64,000 nt of DNA from a virus, in the IMG/VR virus record IMGVR_UViG_3300045988_115158, positions 10,702-74,701 of that record. The stretch is one strand, 5' to 3'. This document shows, one piece after another, positions 40,164-49,788 of this stretch. The translations under genes and the position numbers were made by a program. Under the pieces are notes generated by a model, which saw only the letters and a list, made by a program, of their open reading frames with translations, searched no databases and was not told where the DNA came from. Within the stretch, counting starts at the first letter, position 1. Every line of letters begins with the position of its first letter.

Positions 40164-40514
40164 TTAAAAGCCAAATGAAAACATGGTATCTGCGGAAGTA
40201 CTAAGAGTTACGTAAGGAATTTTATTTCTTATTGTAATAAATACAACAAAGCGTCTTCCTGTATTAACCTCTCCACAATTATGGATTTCTACTCCATCCT
40301 TCATTTCAGAAGAGTATATTTTTAATACCATTTTACCAAACTTACTATTACTAAAAGTAATAGTTTTTCTAGCTTCATTATATACTACTGAAGTTTTAAT
40401 GTAAAATGGGTCACTCCATTCACCATCTTGATAAACAGTGATAGAACCATAATTAAACGCATGAGCTATTGTAGTTAATACAATAAAACTCATTAATAAA
40501 ATAATCTTTTTCAT
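40164..40514 (-). CDS. secreted hypothetical protein (start moved to MKKIILLMSF... to avoid tRNA-like overlap)
   Basis: Signal peptide MKKIILLMSFIVLTTIAHA. The ORF track extends to 40562 but that overlaps the tRNA-like gene. Confidence 0.45.
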   Translation of the reverse strand: MKKIILLMSFIVLTTIAHAFNYGSITVYQDGEWSDPFYIKTSVVYNEARKTITFSNSKFGKMVLKIYSSEMKDGVEIHNCGEVNTGRRFVVFITIRNKIPYVTLSTSADTMFSFGF

Positions 40515-40538
40515 ATTACTCAATCTTTTTAATGTTAG

Positions 40539-40619
40539 TACGGAGTAAAGGATTCGAACCAATATAACCTCTCTATGAATTGTGGAAATGAGGTGCTCTA
40601 GCCATTAAGCTAACTCCGC
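40539..40619 (-). tRNA. tRNA-like gene with enlarged anticodon loop (~11 nt)
   Basis: Acceptor gcggagt/actccgt. D gctt-aatggcta-gagc. Anticodon region cctcat-ttccacaattc-at(a)gagg. Confidence 0.3.
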
Positions 40620-40626
40620 ATGTGTG

Positions 40627-40711
40627 TGAGGGAAGAGGGACTCGAACCCTCAAGAGCATAATGCTAACAGTTTAGAAGACTGTGACGCTTCCAATTACGC
40701 GCTATTCCCCC
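40627..40711 (-). tRNA. tRNA with UCU anticodon (Arg by code) and unusual 15-nt variable arm
   Basis: Acceptor gggggaa/ttccctc. D gcgc/gcgt. Anticodon acagt-cuUCUaa-actgt. Variable tagcattatgctctt. T gaggg-ttcgagt-ccctc. Confidence 0.5.
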
Positions 40712-40720
40712 AAATAAAAA

Positions 40721-40750
40721 TGCAACTAATTATCTGCTAGTTGCCAACAA
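40721..40750 (-). terminator. hairpin gcaactagcagataattagttgc + T-run (repeat copy 2)
   Basis: Followed on the minus strand by atttttatttg. Confidence 0.45.
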
Positions 40751-40770
40751 TATATATGAACTTTACAGAA

Positions 40771-41034
40771 TTACTCTATTATTTCAGTTTCAGATATACA
40801 CCATTTACCATTAATTTTAACGGCTTCTACCTGTTTATTATTTACTGTCTCAAGAGATACTTTATTTTCTAAAGTTCTATTGAGCGAAATAATGTATTTG
40901 TTAGCCTCTTCTTTAGAATTAACTACACGAGACTGAATGCTATTGTTAATAACATTATATATCTTTCTTAAAACTTTCATAATTATAATTTTTATAAAGT
41001 TAATAGTATATAGAGCATTGTTTCTCAACAACAC
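40771..41034 (-). CDS. hypothetical protein
   Basis: 87-aa ORF. Confidence 0.4.
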   Translation of the reverse strand: MLLRNNALYTINFIKIIIMKVLRKIYNVINNSIQSRVVNSKEEANKYIISLNRTLENKVSLETVNNKQVEAVKINGKWCISETEIIE

Positions 41035-41149
41035 TCTATTATAGTTTCAAATATCCATTGTAAAAGTAAAAATTTGTTAATTTCAAATTTTATAGTTTAA
41101 ATCATCATATTTTGCAAATTTTAAACTTTAATACAATACAAAGACAATT

Positions 41150-41665
41150 TTATAGTATGTCTGCAATATCCACATCATCATCTCCTGGATCTGGATAATT
41201 TTCAATATCACATGTTGTATCATCCTCATTATATTTTGAATGATAAGCAATGTGCTCTAACTTATTAATAATATTATTTACTTTAGCTAATCTATTATAA
41301 GTAGAATCCAAAGCCTGATTTAAAGCATTTGCAATAACTTTACACATAGTGTGCATAGCTTTATCTCTCACAATTCGATTAGCTACTACCTGGTCGTCCT
41401 CATCATTTTTACTTAAAGTAATTTTAGAAACGACTGTTACAGTAGAATTATCAACAGTAAGTCCCCAAGAAGCAAGATTTTTAATGAAAATCTTTCTTTC
41501 TTTAGAAGTCGCAATTTTAAGGAATACAGAAGTATCAGCACTTGAAACTTTTATATTAGCTCCTTCTAAATAATCCATTATGTACTCTAAATCACAAGAC
41601 ATAGTACAAAACGTACTGTTACCAACTCTCTCAATGCTGTACTTTACTTTCTTAATTGTCTGCAT
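41150..41665 (-). CDS. hypothetical protein with acidic C-terminus
   Basis: 171-aa ORF. Confidence 0.4.
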   Translation of the reverse strand: MQTIKKVKYSIERVGNSTFCTMSCDLEYIMDYLEGANIKVSSADTSVFLKIATSKERKIFIKNLASWGLTVDNSTVTVVSKITLSKNDEDDQVVANRIVRDKAMHTMCKVIANALNQALDSTYNRLAKVNNIINKLEHIAYHSKYNEDDTTCDIENYPDPGDDDVDIADIL

Positions 41666-42047
41666 TTTCTTTCGTTTTAGATTGTTTGAACAATTTAATA
41701 ATGCCTTTTAAAGCATATTCTGGAACATTTCCACAAAGGCATCCACCATTTACATACAGTTTAATATTACCATAAGTAAATTTAGTAATCTCAAGATTTC
41801 CTTCAGCGCCATTAGATTCATTCTCTAACCATACTGGAAAATCTTTCCACTCATCTACAGTTAATGACTCATCAATAACTGAATGTTCTTCAATAGTTGG
41901 TTTCAGAGCTTTAAAATGCTTTAAGACTAAAGTCTTATGCACTGAATCAGCAAACTCTAGTTTCTTTGGTTTCTTGCTAAGAAAGAAGTAATCTTCACCA
42001 ATCTTAGCCACAACATTTTTCTGTTTAACATTAAATAATAATTCCAT
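41652..42047 (-). CDS. hypothetical protein
   Basis: 131-aa ORF. Confidence 0.4.
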   Translation of the reverse strand: MELLFNVKQKNVVAKIGEDYFFLSKKPKKLEFADSVHKTLVLKHFKALKPTIEEHSVIDESLTVDEWKDFPVWLENESNGAEGNLEITKFTYGNIKLYVNGGCLCGNVPEYALKGIIKLFKQSKTKENADN

Positions 42048-42058
42048 AATTTTTAAAA

Positions 42059-42457
42059 TTAATAGTTATATCTATCTAGTTCAAGATTAACTTCAGAAAT
42101 TAATCTAGATTTATATGTAGCTAATACTGTTTTATAAGTTTCAGAGTCAGCTTCATAATGACCTTCGATATATTCTAAAGTTCCCTCTTTGAACATTACA
42201 GTTTTAGATGATAAGTTATCTGATAGAAATATTATTCCATCAGATGTCAAAGATTTACTCCTAGTAAATCCTTTATTATACATATTAATATGTATATACA
42301 AACAATCGTAGAGACTTAAAGCATTGTTTATATTGCTTCTTATATCTCTTAGCTGATTAAGTTTTACTTGTTTTATTACTTTATTATGACTGGCAATAGT
42401 CCAAATCACACATAGAATAAAAGCAAGTATAACAATTACTAGCAAACCTTTATCCAT
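42059..42457 (-). CDS. membrane-anchored hypothetical protein
   Basis: N-terminal TM helix. Confidence 0.4.
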   Translation of the reverse strand: MDKGLLVIVILAFILCVIWTIASHNKVIKQVKLNQLRDIRSNINNALSLYDCLYIHINMYNKGFTRSKSLTSDGIIFLSDNLSSKTVMFKEGTLEYIEGHYEADSETYKTVLATYKSRLISEVNLELDRYNY

Positions 42458-42809
42458 ATATTCTTGGTTCTGTATTAATGTTTTTAGAACTCATATATTG
42501 GTAAAGCCATTTAACATTATTTACAACAAAAGTGTTACCTTTTATATCTGTAAATAATATTTTCTTGTACTTATCCATAATTAGTCCCGATAATACTAAC
42601 AAAGGATTTCTAATATATGCTGCAAATGTTCCTCCTTTTATACTTTCTCCAGAAATAATTCTTAATGTATTATTAAGATATTGATACTTCTTATTGAAAG
42701 CATTAGCATAGTTAGCATGTGTAGTCTTAGAAATATTGTACTCTGCATCAATCTGTGCTGAGAGCATTATTACTAATTCTCCCAGAGTATTGTGATTCAT
42801 TGTCACCAT
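42450..42809 (-). CDS. hypothetical protein
   Basis: 119-aa ORF. Confidence 0.4.
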   Translation of the reverse strand: MVTMNHNTLGELVIMLSAQIDAEYNISKTTHANYANAFNKKYQYLNNTLRIISGESIKGGTFAAYIRNPLLVLSGLIMDKYKKILFTDIKGNTFVVNNVKWLYQYMSSKNINTEPRIYG

Positions 42810-43329
42810 TGATAAATTCCTCCCAAAGATAATTGTGCTTGTAATGTTTCTAAGTCACTCTTGATTGGAAGTTCTTTACCATGAATAGCTTTGTACTCCT
42901 TACTTACTTGTGCAATAGTTTTCTTTTTAGAAAAAACTAATGCTGTAATCTTAATAATGTCTTTTGTCTCCATTTTTTTTAAACTATTTAATTATTAATA
43001 ATGTGCCATCACCTTTCTCATTAAGAGTCTGCTACTTTGGATATGCAGGATGTAGGTTTACACTAGAGCCCTATCTATCACAGACTGAACTCTAATATTT
43101 GTCTTTGTAATCTATTGTGTTTATGGACATAATAGATTACTAAAGTAACTAGCCCTATCTGTCACAGACCGAACTAGCGAAAATGATCTAAACTGTATAT
43201 TGTTGATAACTATTTTATTTTAAAAATACATAAGTCTTGTCTTATGATTAACCAATTTTCTTTCCAAGATGCCAACTATTTATTATACTCTATAGTACTA
43301 GAGTACAGAGATTATCTTCATTCTTTTAC

Positions 43330-43704
43330 TTAATAAACTTCACTTCTTAAAGATTCGTAACCTTCATACATTGGAAATTCTGAATTAAGAGTAATCTTAA
43401 TAAAGACTCTGTTGTCGATAGTTACAAGTCCTACAGTTTTAATATTGCGATTACAATTATCAAAACTAGTACAAATAACTGTATTAGAGGTAAAATCTGC
43501 TACGCCTTTAAAACCCATATCAACAAGAACTTTACACATTGGTGTTAAGTAATAAATTTTACCTTCTTTAATAACACAAGAAGAAAATGGAATTACTCTA
43601 TCACCAATGTGATAAGTTCTAGCATCATGATCTATTGTAAGAGCCTTACTTGCAAGACTCTCACAACCTGATACAATTTTTCTATTTAAGTTCTCTGTAT
43701 TCAT
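43330..43704 (-). CDS. hypothetical protein
   Basis: 124-aa ORF. Confidence 0.4.
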   Translation of the reverse strand: MNTENLNRKIVSGCESLASKALTIDHDARTYHIGDRVIPFSSCVIKEGKIYYLTPMCKVLVDMGFKGVADFTSNTVICTSFDNCNRNIKTVGLVTIDNRVFIKITLNSEFPMYEGYESLRSEVY

Positions 43705-44143
43705 CTATTACATCAATTAAGTCTTGGAATGTATATTTTCCAATATCTGATTTATCTTCAACCCAATAAAGAGCTTTAGCAATCTGTTTGAGTTCAGACT
43801 TAGTTAATTCACCCAACTTATATTGCTGAATTTTTTTAACTAGTCTTTGCATAGTATCATAAGCATTATAAGAGAAAGTATGTTCTCCACCAGATTTTCT
43901 AGTGTATGTAATATATTTACTATCACAATACTTTACATCATCTGAATGCTTAATAAGACCATTAACACAAGCATTCATTCGAGCTTCCAAAGCTTCTACT
44001 ATAATATTAGTATAAGCCTCAAATACTTCTTCTGCAAACTTCTTGAAATCTCTTTTTGATGGAGTTTCAGAGAAATTTACTTTTTTAATAGGAATAGTCA
44101 CAGAAATTGTATATTCCTTCTCATTTTGAAATACATTTATCAT
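43682..44143 (-). CDS. hypothetical protein
   Basis: 153-aa ORF. Confidence 0.4.
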   Translation of the reverse strand: MINVFQNEKEYTISVTIPIKKVNFSETPSKRDFKKFAEEVFEAYTNIIVEALEARMNACVNGLIKHSDDVKYCDSKYITYTRKSGGEHTFSYNAYDTMQRLVKKIQQYKLGELTKSELKQIAKALYWVEDKSDIGKYTFQDLIDVIDEYRELK

Positions 44144-44225
44144 AAATTCATTTCTTTAAAATCATCGTATGCTATTTTACTCATTCCTATAAGTAGAATA
44201 ATTAAAATAATATTTTGTAAGAATA

Positions 44226-44690
44226 TCATAACTTATAATTATTTTGTTGGTATTCTGCTACTAATAACTTAGCATTATCTGCAAGTGCTATAATGTTAGA
44301 TTTTAACAATCTTTTATACGCACATAAGACAATGTCATAGCATGTCTGTGTAGAATCATATGGTTCTTCTTTACGATCTTCCCATTGTGCGATAGTTCGA
44401 GTATTAAGACCATAGATTCCTCCAATATAAACCTCATTTATTGTCATAAGGTTTATATCTTTAGTTCTAAACATTCCATATTTATCTGGACCAAGGTTAG
44501 CATTACGAAACCCTTTACGCCAAATTCTTTTATGGAGTATCATACACTCAGATAGAGTATTGGCATTACCAATTTTAGTAAGCCAACACTCATAACTATT
44601 AACAAGACCTTGTTGAAGTTTATAATCTGCAACATTCTTGTTTAATTCCCTTTTATGGAAAATTTTATTCCAAATGTTGTATTTCTTCAT
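44226..44690 (-). CDS. hypothetical protein
   Basis: 154-aa ORF. Confidence 0.4.
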   Translation of the reverse strand: MKKYNIWNKIFHKRELNKNVADYKLQQGLVNSYECWLTKIGNANTLSECMILHKRIWRKGFRNANLGPDKYGMFRTKDINLMTINEVYIGGIYGLNTRTIAQWEDRKEEPYDSTQTCYDIVLCAYKRLLKSNIIALADNAKLLVAEYQQNNYKL

Positions 44691-44695
44691 TTTAT

Positions 44696-44995
44696 TTAAA
44701 TAGTTAAATTATTTATAAGTTTAAATATTGCAGTATCAATAGATACATAATACATTTTTCGTTGTGTAAGTTTCCCATTAATTATAAGATTCATCAACTT
44801 AGCTAATTCTACTGAATATGGAATATTAGTAGCTTTTACCAAGAGTTGGACTGCATAATTATGAGATTTACGATTGGCTACAGCTATGTTATGTGTCTTA
44901 ATGACTTGTTTACGCCAATGTAAGTGTTCTTTAGTTTTTATCTCTCGCAGATACAATTGATGCACCTGCAAGAGACTTGATCGACCTGTTAACAT
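44696..44995 (-). CDS. hypothetical protein
   Basis: 99-aa ORF. Confidence 0.35.
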   Translation of the reverse strand: MLTGRSSLLQVHQLYLREIKTKEHLHWRKQVIKTHNIAVANRKSHNYAVQLLVKATNIPYSVELAKLMNLIINGKLTQRKMYYVSIDTAIFKLINNLTI

Positions 44996-45327
44996 ATTAT
45001 ATGGAATTATTTATTCATATTTACTTGGATTTTTGTATTACTTCTATCCAATGCTTTATACACAGGATTATCAGCATACATACCTCTAGCTACAACATTG
45101 TTGTAGTATCTGTCCATTTCATTAGTTTGACTAGCTTGATTACGTACTACATTACGTAAATCAGAATTTTCTGACTAAAGAGTAGCTATTGTAAATAACA
45201 ATGCTACAACTACTATCCCTAAAAAAATAGTAGAGATTACAAAGATATTCTCTTTCATTTCTATAAAGTTTATTTGTTCAACTAAAAAGTGAGCAGTTTA
45301 AAGTCTTGCTCAGGACTAAAACAATCA

Positions 45328-45702
45328 TCAAATGATATCCCACTCTTTAAGAGCTTCTAGTGGTGTAGCACCATTATCAAGTTCTCTTTGTACCTCTTCC
45401 TCAAGGTTAAATTTAGCTGCAATGCGGATAGCATCCTCAGCAGTCTTAACTACTGAAGATTTAGCAGTTTTTACAACCACTTCTGTCTTAGTAGTAACCT
45501 TAATCTGTTTAGCTACCACATACTTACTTATAGCGAGTAACATGGTTAGCATAATAATGCTCATCGCTTCTTCACCATTCTTTGGAGTAAGATTGCTGAG
45601 GTACTCTATTACGGTATTTTTTGTGGTGTTTCCGTAAACCACCGCACTCTCAGAGTCTGCTGCTATGAGCAACTCCTCTGATTTAAACAATACTTTTATC
45701 AT
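45328..45702 (-). CDS. hypothetical protein
   Basis: 124-aa ORF. Confidence 0.4.
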   Translation of the reverse strand: MIKVLFKSEELLIAADSESAVVYGNTTKNTVIEYLSNLTPKNGEEAMSIIMLTMLLAISKYVVAKQIKVTTKTEVVVKTAKSSVVKTAEDAIRIAAKFNLEEEVQRELDNGATPLEALKEWDII

Positions 45703-45794
45703 TTTTTTTATGTGTTAATGTGTTAAACAATAGAACTCCAGTCAGGTTACAACCCTGATACAATGCTTTTATTTACTGGAGTTATAATGAATAA

Positions 45795-46304
45795 TTATCT
45801 TACGAATCCAGGTACAGAGACTATGAATCCGTTTTCTCTAACGCAATCAGGATGACCTGTTGCAGGAGCAACTACATCCGTTCTACCTTTCTCTTTTGCT
45901 GCAGCAAGTACCAATGCTGATACGATATAAATTGTACCTTCTTCAGGCTCTGGGAGATTCTCAATCTCACCATAGAGCACTGTGGAAATACCACAGCAAA
46001 AGTTGCTAAACTTATTAGCAACACGAGTAACTTTACCTGATGGATGGTATTCTGTACCATTATTAAGTGTGATTGTATGTGGTGTTAAGTTGATGAACTT
46101 ATTAGGAACAACCTCAAAGTCTTTTCTCATAAGATTGTCCAAATCACCCTCAGTGCCATCAAGCTCTTTATAGTGACACTTATACATGAGTTTGCCATCC
46201 ATAGTTGACCAATGACCAGTAATAACACCAGTCACACTTGTATCCTCAGTGTCTAATGCAAAGAGGATAATCTTTGTCCCGTCTTTTACGATTTTTTCTT
46301 TCAT
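45795..46304 (-). CDS. hypothetical protein
   Basis: 169-aa ORF. Confidence 0.4.
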   Translation of the reverse strand: MKEKIVKDGTKIILFALDTEDTSVTGVITGHWSTMDGKLMYKCHYKELDGTEGDLDNLMRKDFEVVPNKFINLTPHTITLNNGTEYHPSGKVTRVANKFSNFCCGISTVLYGEIENLPEPEEGTIYIVSALVLAAAKEKGRTDVVAPATGHPDCVRENGFIVSVPGFVR

Positions 46305-46306
46305 TG

Positions 46307-46633
46307 TTAATGTGTTAGTGATATAGTTATTTTATTTCCATTCTTTACATATGAGATATGAAATGGATCTAATGATTTAGCAAATTTATCTGCCAAGTCA
46401 TTATTATGAAATATTATTTCAATTCCACATTCTGATATAAAGCAGCTTTGAATATTATTATCTGCTTTTCCTTTTTCGATTATTGCTTTCATATTTAATG
46501 TTATTTTTATTTTATTTAATTGAGAGCAGTTTATACACTTGCTCAGGTGTTTGTGGTTATCTATGAATATCAATATCCATATCAGCCCCTCGATTTGCTT
46601 CAAATGCGTCCCAATCAAAACCTTCTTTTGCAA
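46307..46633 (-). CDS. hypothetical protein
   Basis: 108-aa ORF. Confidence 0.35.
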   Translation of the reverse strand: MQKKVLIGTHLKQIEGLIWILIFIDNHKHLSKCINCSQLNKIKITLNMKAIIEKGKADNNIQSCFISECGIEIIFHNNDLADKFAKSLDPFHISYVKNGNKITISLTH

Positions 46634-46859
46634 CTTTTAAACTATGCTCTACTTCAGTTACATAAGATTTAAGTTGTTTATAGAATGTAATTTTACCAGT
46701 GTGTGTTATAGACTGTCTGTATAGTTTATAACTACGTTCAGGATGTTTTGTAGCCTCTCTTCTTCCCCATTTAGTTAGTTGATGAGGACTGAGTCCTATT
46801 TTACACATTGTCAAATCATCACCAACAATTGTGTATACTACAATATAAAAATACTGCAT
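46557..46859 (-). CDS. hypothetical protein
   Basis: 100-aa ORF. Overlaps the previous one, so the start is uncertain. Confidence 0.3.
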   Translation of the reverse strand: MQYFYIVVYTIVGDDLTMCKIGLSPHQLTKWGRREATKHPERSYKLYRQSITHTGKITFYKQLKSYVTEVEHSLKVAKEGFDWDAFEANRGADMDIDIHR

Positions 46860-47524
46860 AACTTTATACGATTTACCTTATACTATCGCGAGGTTTTTAA
46901 ATGAATATTAAGCACTTTAGTTTTAAGACCTATAAACCACGTTGAGGTATGCTTTATGATATAGGATTTCGTCTAAAGTAAACTTTAGACAGGGATTTCA
47001 ACCTTTGGAATAAAAAACCTTTTTGTTTGTGTTGTTTGTGTTTTGTTTTGTTATTTTTAGTAAAACATCTTACAAAGAATAAAAATATTATTGTATAATA
47101 TCCTTAAAATTTATTTGATGTGATGATGATTTTTGGAGTGATATATAAGTTGGTTTTAGTGAGAGAGATTGGGAAATTGGGGAAAGATTTGGTTTGTGGA
47201 TTGGGGGTTAGTGTGCACACAAACTTATGCCAATCCATATAAATAACTAACCTTCCTTATCCATTCCCAACTTATCCCCCACCAACTCCAACTATCTCTC
47301 CAAACAGCATACTTGACCACGATAACTTTACCATTTTCAATCAACAACATGAAAATTCCAACAATTTGTGTCGGAAGTTGAACATTGTAGAATTCCAAAG
47401 TTTCGAGGTCAACAAGTCTATTTTTTCCATAAACTCCCTTAATAGTTTTGAACATATACAAAAAAATACAAAGAATTTATAAAAAAAAATTTTAAAGGAG
47501 AGAGAGATTACTCTCTCCCCTTTG

Positions 47525-47938
47525 TTACTTTGTTCCCTGAACATTAGTGAAGCGTTTTGCTCCACCATAATTATCCAGGGTCTCAATATCACAGGTAAAA
47601 CCTTTGAAGCCCTTCTCGTTGATGATTTTAACGGCGTCATCAATATCGGCAGCCCCAGGCGCCAACATAGCCAGCACTCGGTTACAGTTAATAGTACGAA
47701 CACCATCCAATTCAGCTATGGCAACGTTAGCCATAGTGGCAACCACTGCCTTTGAGGCAGCGATACCACGCATAACATCGCCTGGCATTGGTTGTTCTGA
47801 TGCCGACACTGATGTGTCATCAGTGAATGTAAATTTGATACCTGTGGTTTTACCATTAAGAGCTGCCATAACAGCAGCTGCACCCATGCTTACTTGGCGA
47901 AGTGCCAAAGCACCGCCATTCTTTACTGTAATTTTCAT
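47525..47938 (-). CDS. hypothetical Ala/Gly-rich protein; GC-elevated gene (start at MKITVKNGG...)
   Basis: About 45 percent GC versus about 28 percent around it. Ala/Val/Gly-rich sequence. Upstream divergent promoter region. Confidence 0.45.
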   Translation of the reverse strand: MKITVKNGGALALRQVSMGAAAVMAALNGKTTGIKFTFTDDTSVSASEQPMPGDVMRGIAASKAVVATMANVAIAELDGVRTINCNRVLAMLAPGAADIDDAVKIINEKGFKGFTCDIETLDNYGGAKRFTNVQGTK

Positions 47939-48335
47939 AATCTTTAACGTTTTAAATTTGTTAATAATTTTTTGTTTGGTTTTTACTCCAAATATGTGGG
48001 GGGCTCTAAGGGGCAGTCTACTCCCTCCCACATAATAAAAATTAATTTTTAAAATCCCACTCTCACCTTCTTTCTCCACAAAAATTCCTATTTTTTAAAC
48101 CCCAGGGGGCTATATAAAATCTTCTCCAAAAAAAATTTAAAATTTTAATTTAAAAATATTAGAATATTAACTTTTACAAAAATTAACTTTTAATATTCTC
48201 TACCTCGACTATATTATTCGTGTAATCAAAAAGAAATATTAAATGAATAAAGAACAACTAATACAAAGTATTAAAGACCTTCCTGATTAGTATAATATAA
48301 ATTTATAGGTTATTGATAATGTAATTCATATAACC

Positions 48336-48545
48336 ATGACTAAAAAGGTAGATGAATTTGAAGAATATTGTAGTAAATTAGATGATGAAACATTTAACAA
48401 TGCTTGTCTAATATTTGGAATTATCTCAGATATATCTTTAGAAGATTTTTCTTCTAATTTAGATAATTCTAAATATAAAAAATATAAACAAGAATTTAAA
48501 CACATAGTTGATTTTTTAAATGATAGAAACATTACAAAAAATTAA
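48336..48545 (+). CDS. hypothetical protein
   Basis: 69-aa ORF, first gene of the short plus-strand unit. Confidence 0.4.
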   Translation: MTKKVDEFEEYCSKLDDETFNNACLIFGIISDISLEDFSSNLDNSKYKKYKQEFKHIVDFLNDRNITKN

Positions 48546-48741
48546 TAAGATAGTTCCTAATCTTACAGTATCTCAATTAATAGAACTAGTAAATATTATT
48601 AATGGACCTAAATTAACTATAGACAATATGATTTTAAAAGGTATAAAAGATATACCACATAATGGGTTTATTGCAGTAGACACTAATAGTATTAAAACTA
48701 CTTCTACTGAAAATCCTTTTAGTGTTAGTAGTTATCTATAA
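48520..48741 (+). CDS. hypothetical protein
   Basis: 73-aa ORF. Confidence 0.4.
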   Translation: MIETLQKINKIVPNLTVSQLIELVNIINGPKLTIDNMILKGIKDIPHNGFIAVDTNSIKTTSTENPFSVSSYL

Positions 48742-48750
48742 AGATAATAT

Positions 48751-48785
48751 TCTCCTATGGTGTAATGGTTAGCACAGAAGACTCT
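48751..48785 (+). tRNA. amber suppressor tRNA-Gln(CUA), exon 1 (positions 1-35)
   Basis: tctccta-tg-gtgt-aatggtta-gcac-a-gaaga-cuCU. D-arm identical to the tRNA-Gln family. The exon ends in U. Confidence 0.6.
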
Positions 48786-49788
48786 TAAAAATTTTAAAGT
48801 ATGGAAAATAAAATTTATAAACTTACGGATAAAGAGTTTTCAGACTTAGTTAAGTCAAGTCTGAATATCTCAGAAGTTTTATTTAAACTTGGATATACTA
48901 CTGTTGGTAACAGTTGGGGATATTCACAAGTTAAACAAAGAATGCAAGATTTAAATTTATCAGGTAAAGATTTTAGAGGAAAATCAGCTATAGCCAACTA
49001 TAATGAAAAGAAAGAAATAGATGCTTCTAAATTATTATGTGAAAATTCAAAACACGCACGTAATATATTAAGAAGTTATATATTAAGAAACAAATTACTT
49101 CCTTATACATGTGCAATATGTGGAATTACAGAGTGGCAGGGCAAAACTTTATCTCTAGAATTAGACCATATTAATGGTGTAAATAATGATAATAGAATAG
49201 AAAATCTAAGATTTTTGTGTCCTAATTGTCATAGTCAAACTACTACTTATGGTGCTAAAAATAAACAAAAAGTAGAATCTAAATACGAGCTTTCTGATGA
49301 ATTAAAAAATTTAATTATTAGTTCTTATATAGAATTAAAAAATCAAAAGAAAGTTGCTGATAAATATAATTTAAATTCTAAAGCAGTAAAGCAAGTTTTA
49401 TCAGAAGCTGGATTAACTAAACAAAATCAAAAGTATGTTATACAATATGACTCTTCTCATAATGAAATAAGAAGATTTGGATGTATAGCTGAATGTTGTC
49501 AATGGTTAATGGATAATAATTTAGTAACTACTAAATTAATGAAAACTTGTAGAGCAACTCTAAATAGAAATATTGGCATTCTTTGGAAAAACTATTACTT
49601 TGAAATATTGGATGCTTAAAGGATAATTCATAATCTTTAAGTAGAATCTCTTTTAATTGACTTGGAAGCGTATATACTTAGTATAAAGTGACAGGGCGCA
49701 AGTTTAAATACAGCGTGAACGACTAAATAAAGAGACTGGTCCTAGGACTGGATGTGATAGTCTAATCCTCTACAGAGGTGTTAAAATG
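48786..49788 (+). other. group I intron in the tRNA anticodon loop (between positions 35 and 36), encoding an HNH endonuclease
   Basis: The 3' region carries R-like (gtgaacgactaaat) and S-like (gatagtctaatcc) core elements. It ends in G. Only the U/G rule-compliant splice gives a 7-nt loop, cUCUAaa. Confidence 0.55.
48801..49619 (+). CDS. HNH homing endonuclease (intron-encoded)
   Basis: CAICG...LELDHINGVNNDNRIENLRFLCPNCH. Standard code, no TAG. Confidence 0.65.
   Translation: MENKIYKLTDKEFSDLVKSSLNISEVLFKLGYTTVGNSWGYSQVKQRMQDLNLSGKDFRGKSAIANYNEKKEIDASKLLCENSKHARNILRSYILRNKLLPYTCAICGITEWQGKTLSLELDHINGVNNDNRIENLRFLCPNCHSQTTTYGAKNKQKVESKYELSDELKNLIISSYIELKNQKKVADKYNLNSKAVKQVLSEAGLTKQNQKYVIQYDSSHNEIRRFGCIAECCQWLMDNNLVTTKLMKTCRATLNRNIGILWKNYYFEILDA

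Noticed and set aside
47225-47706. ORF-track ORFs 47225-47461 and 47341-47706 in the odd non-coding region
   Set aside because: They overlap each other, sit in a compositionally skewed repeat region and have implausible Trp/Cys-rich low-complexity translations.
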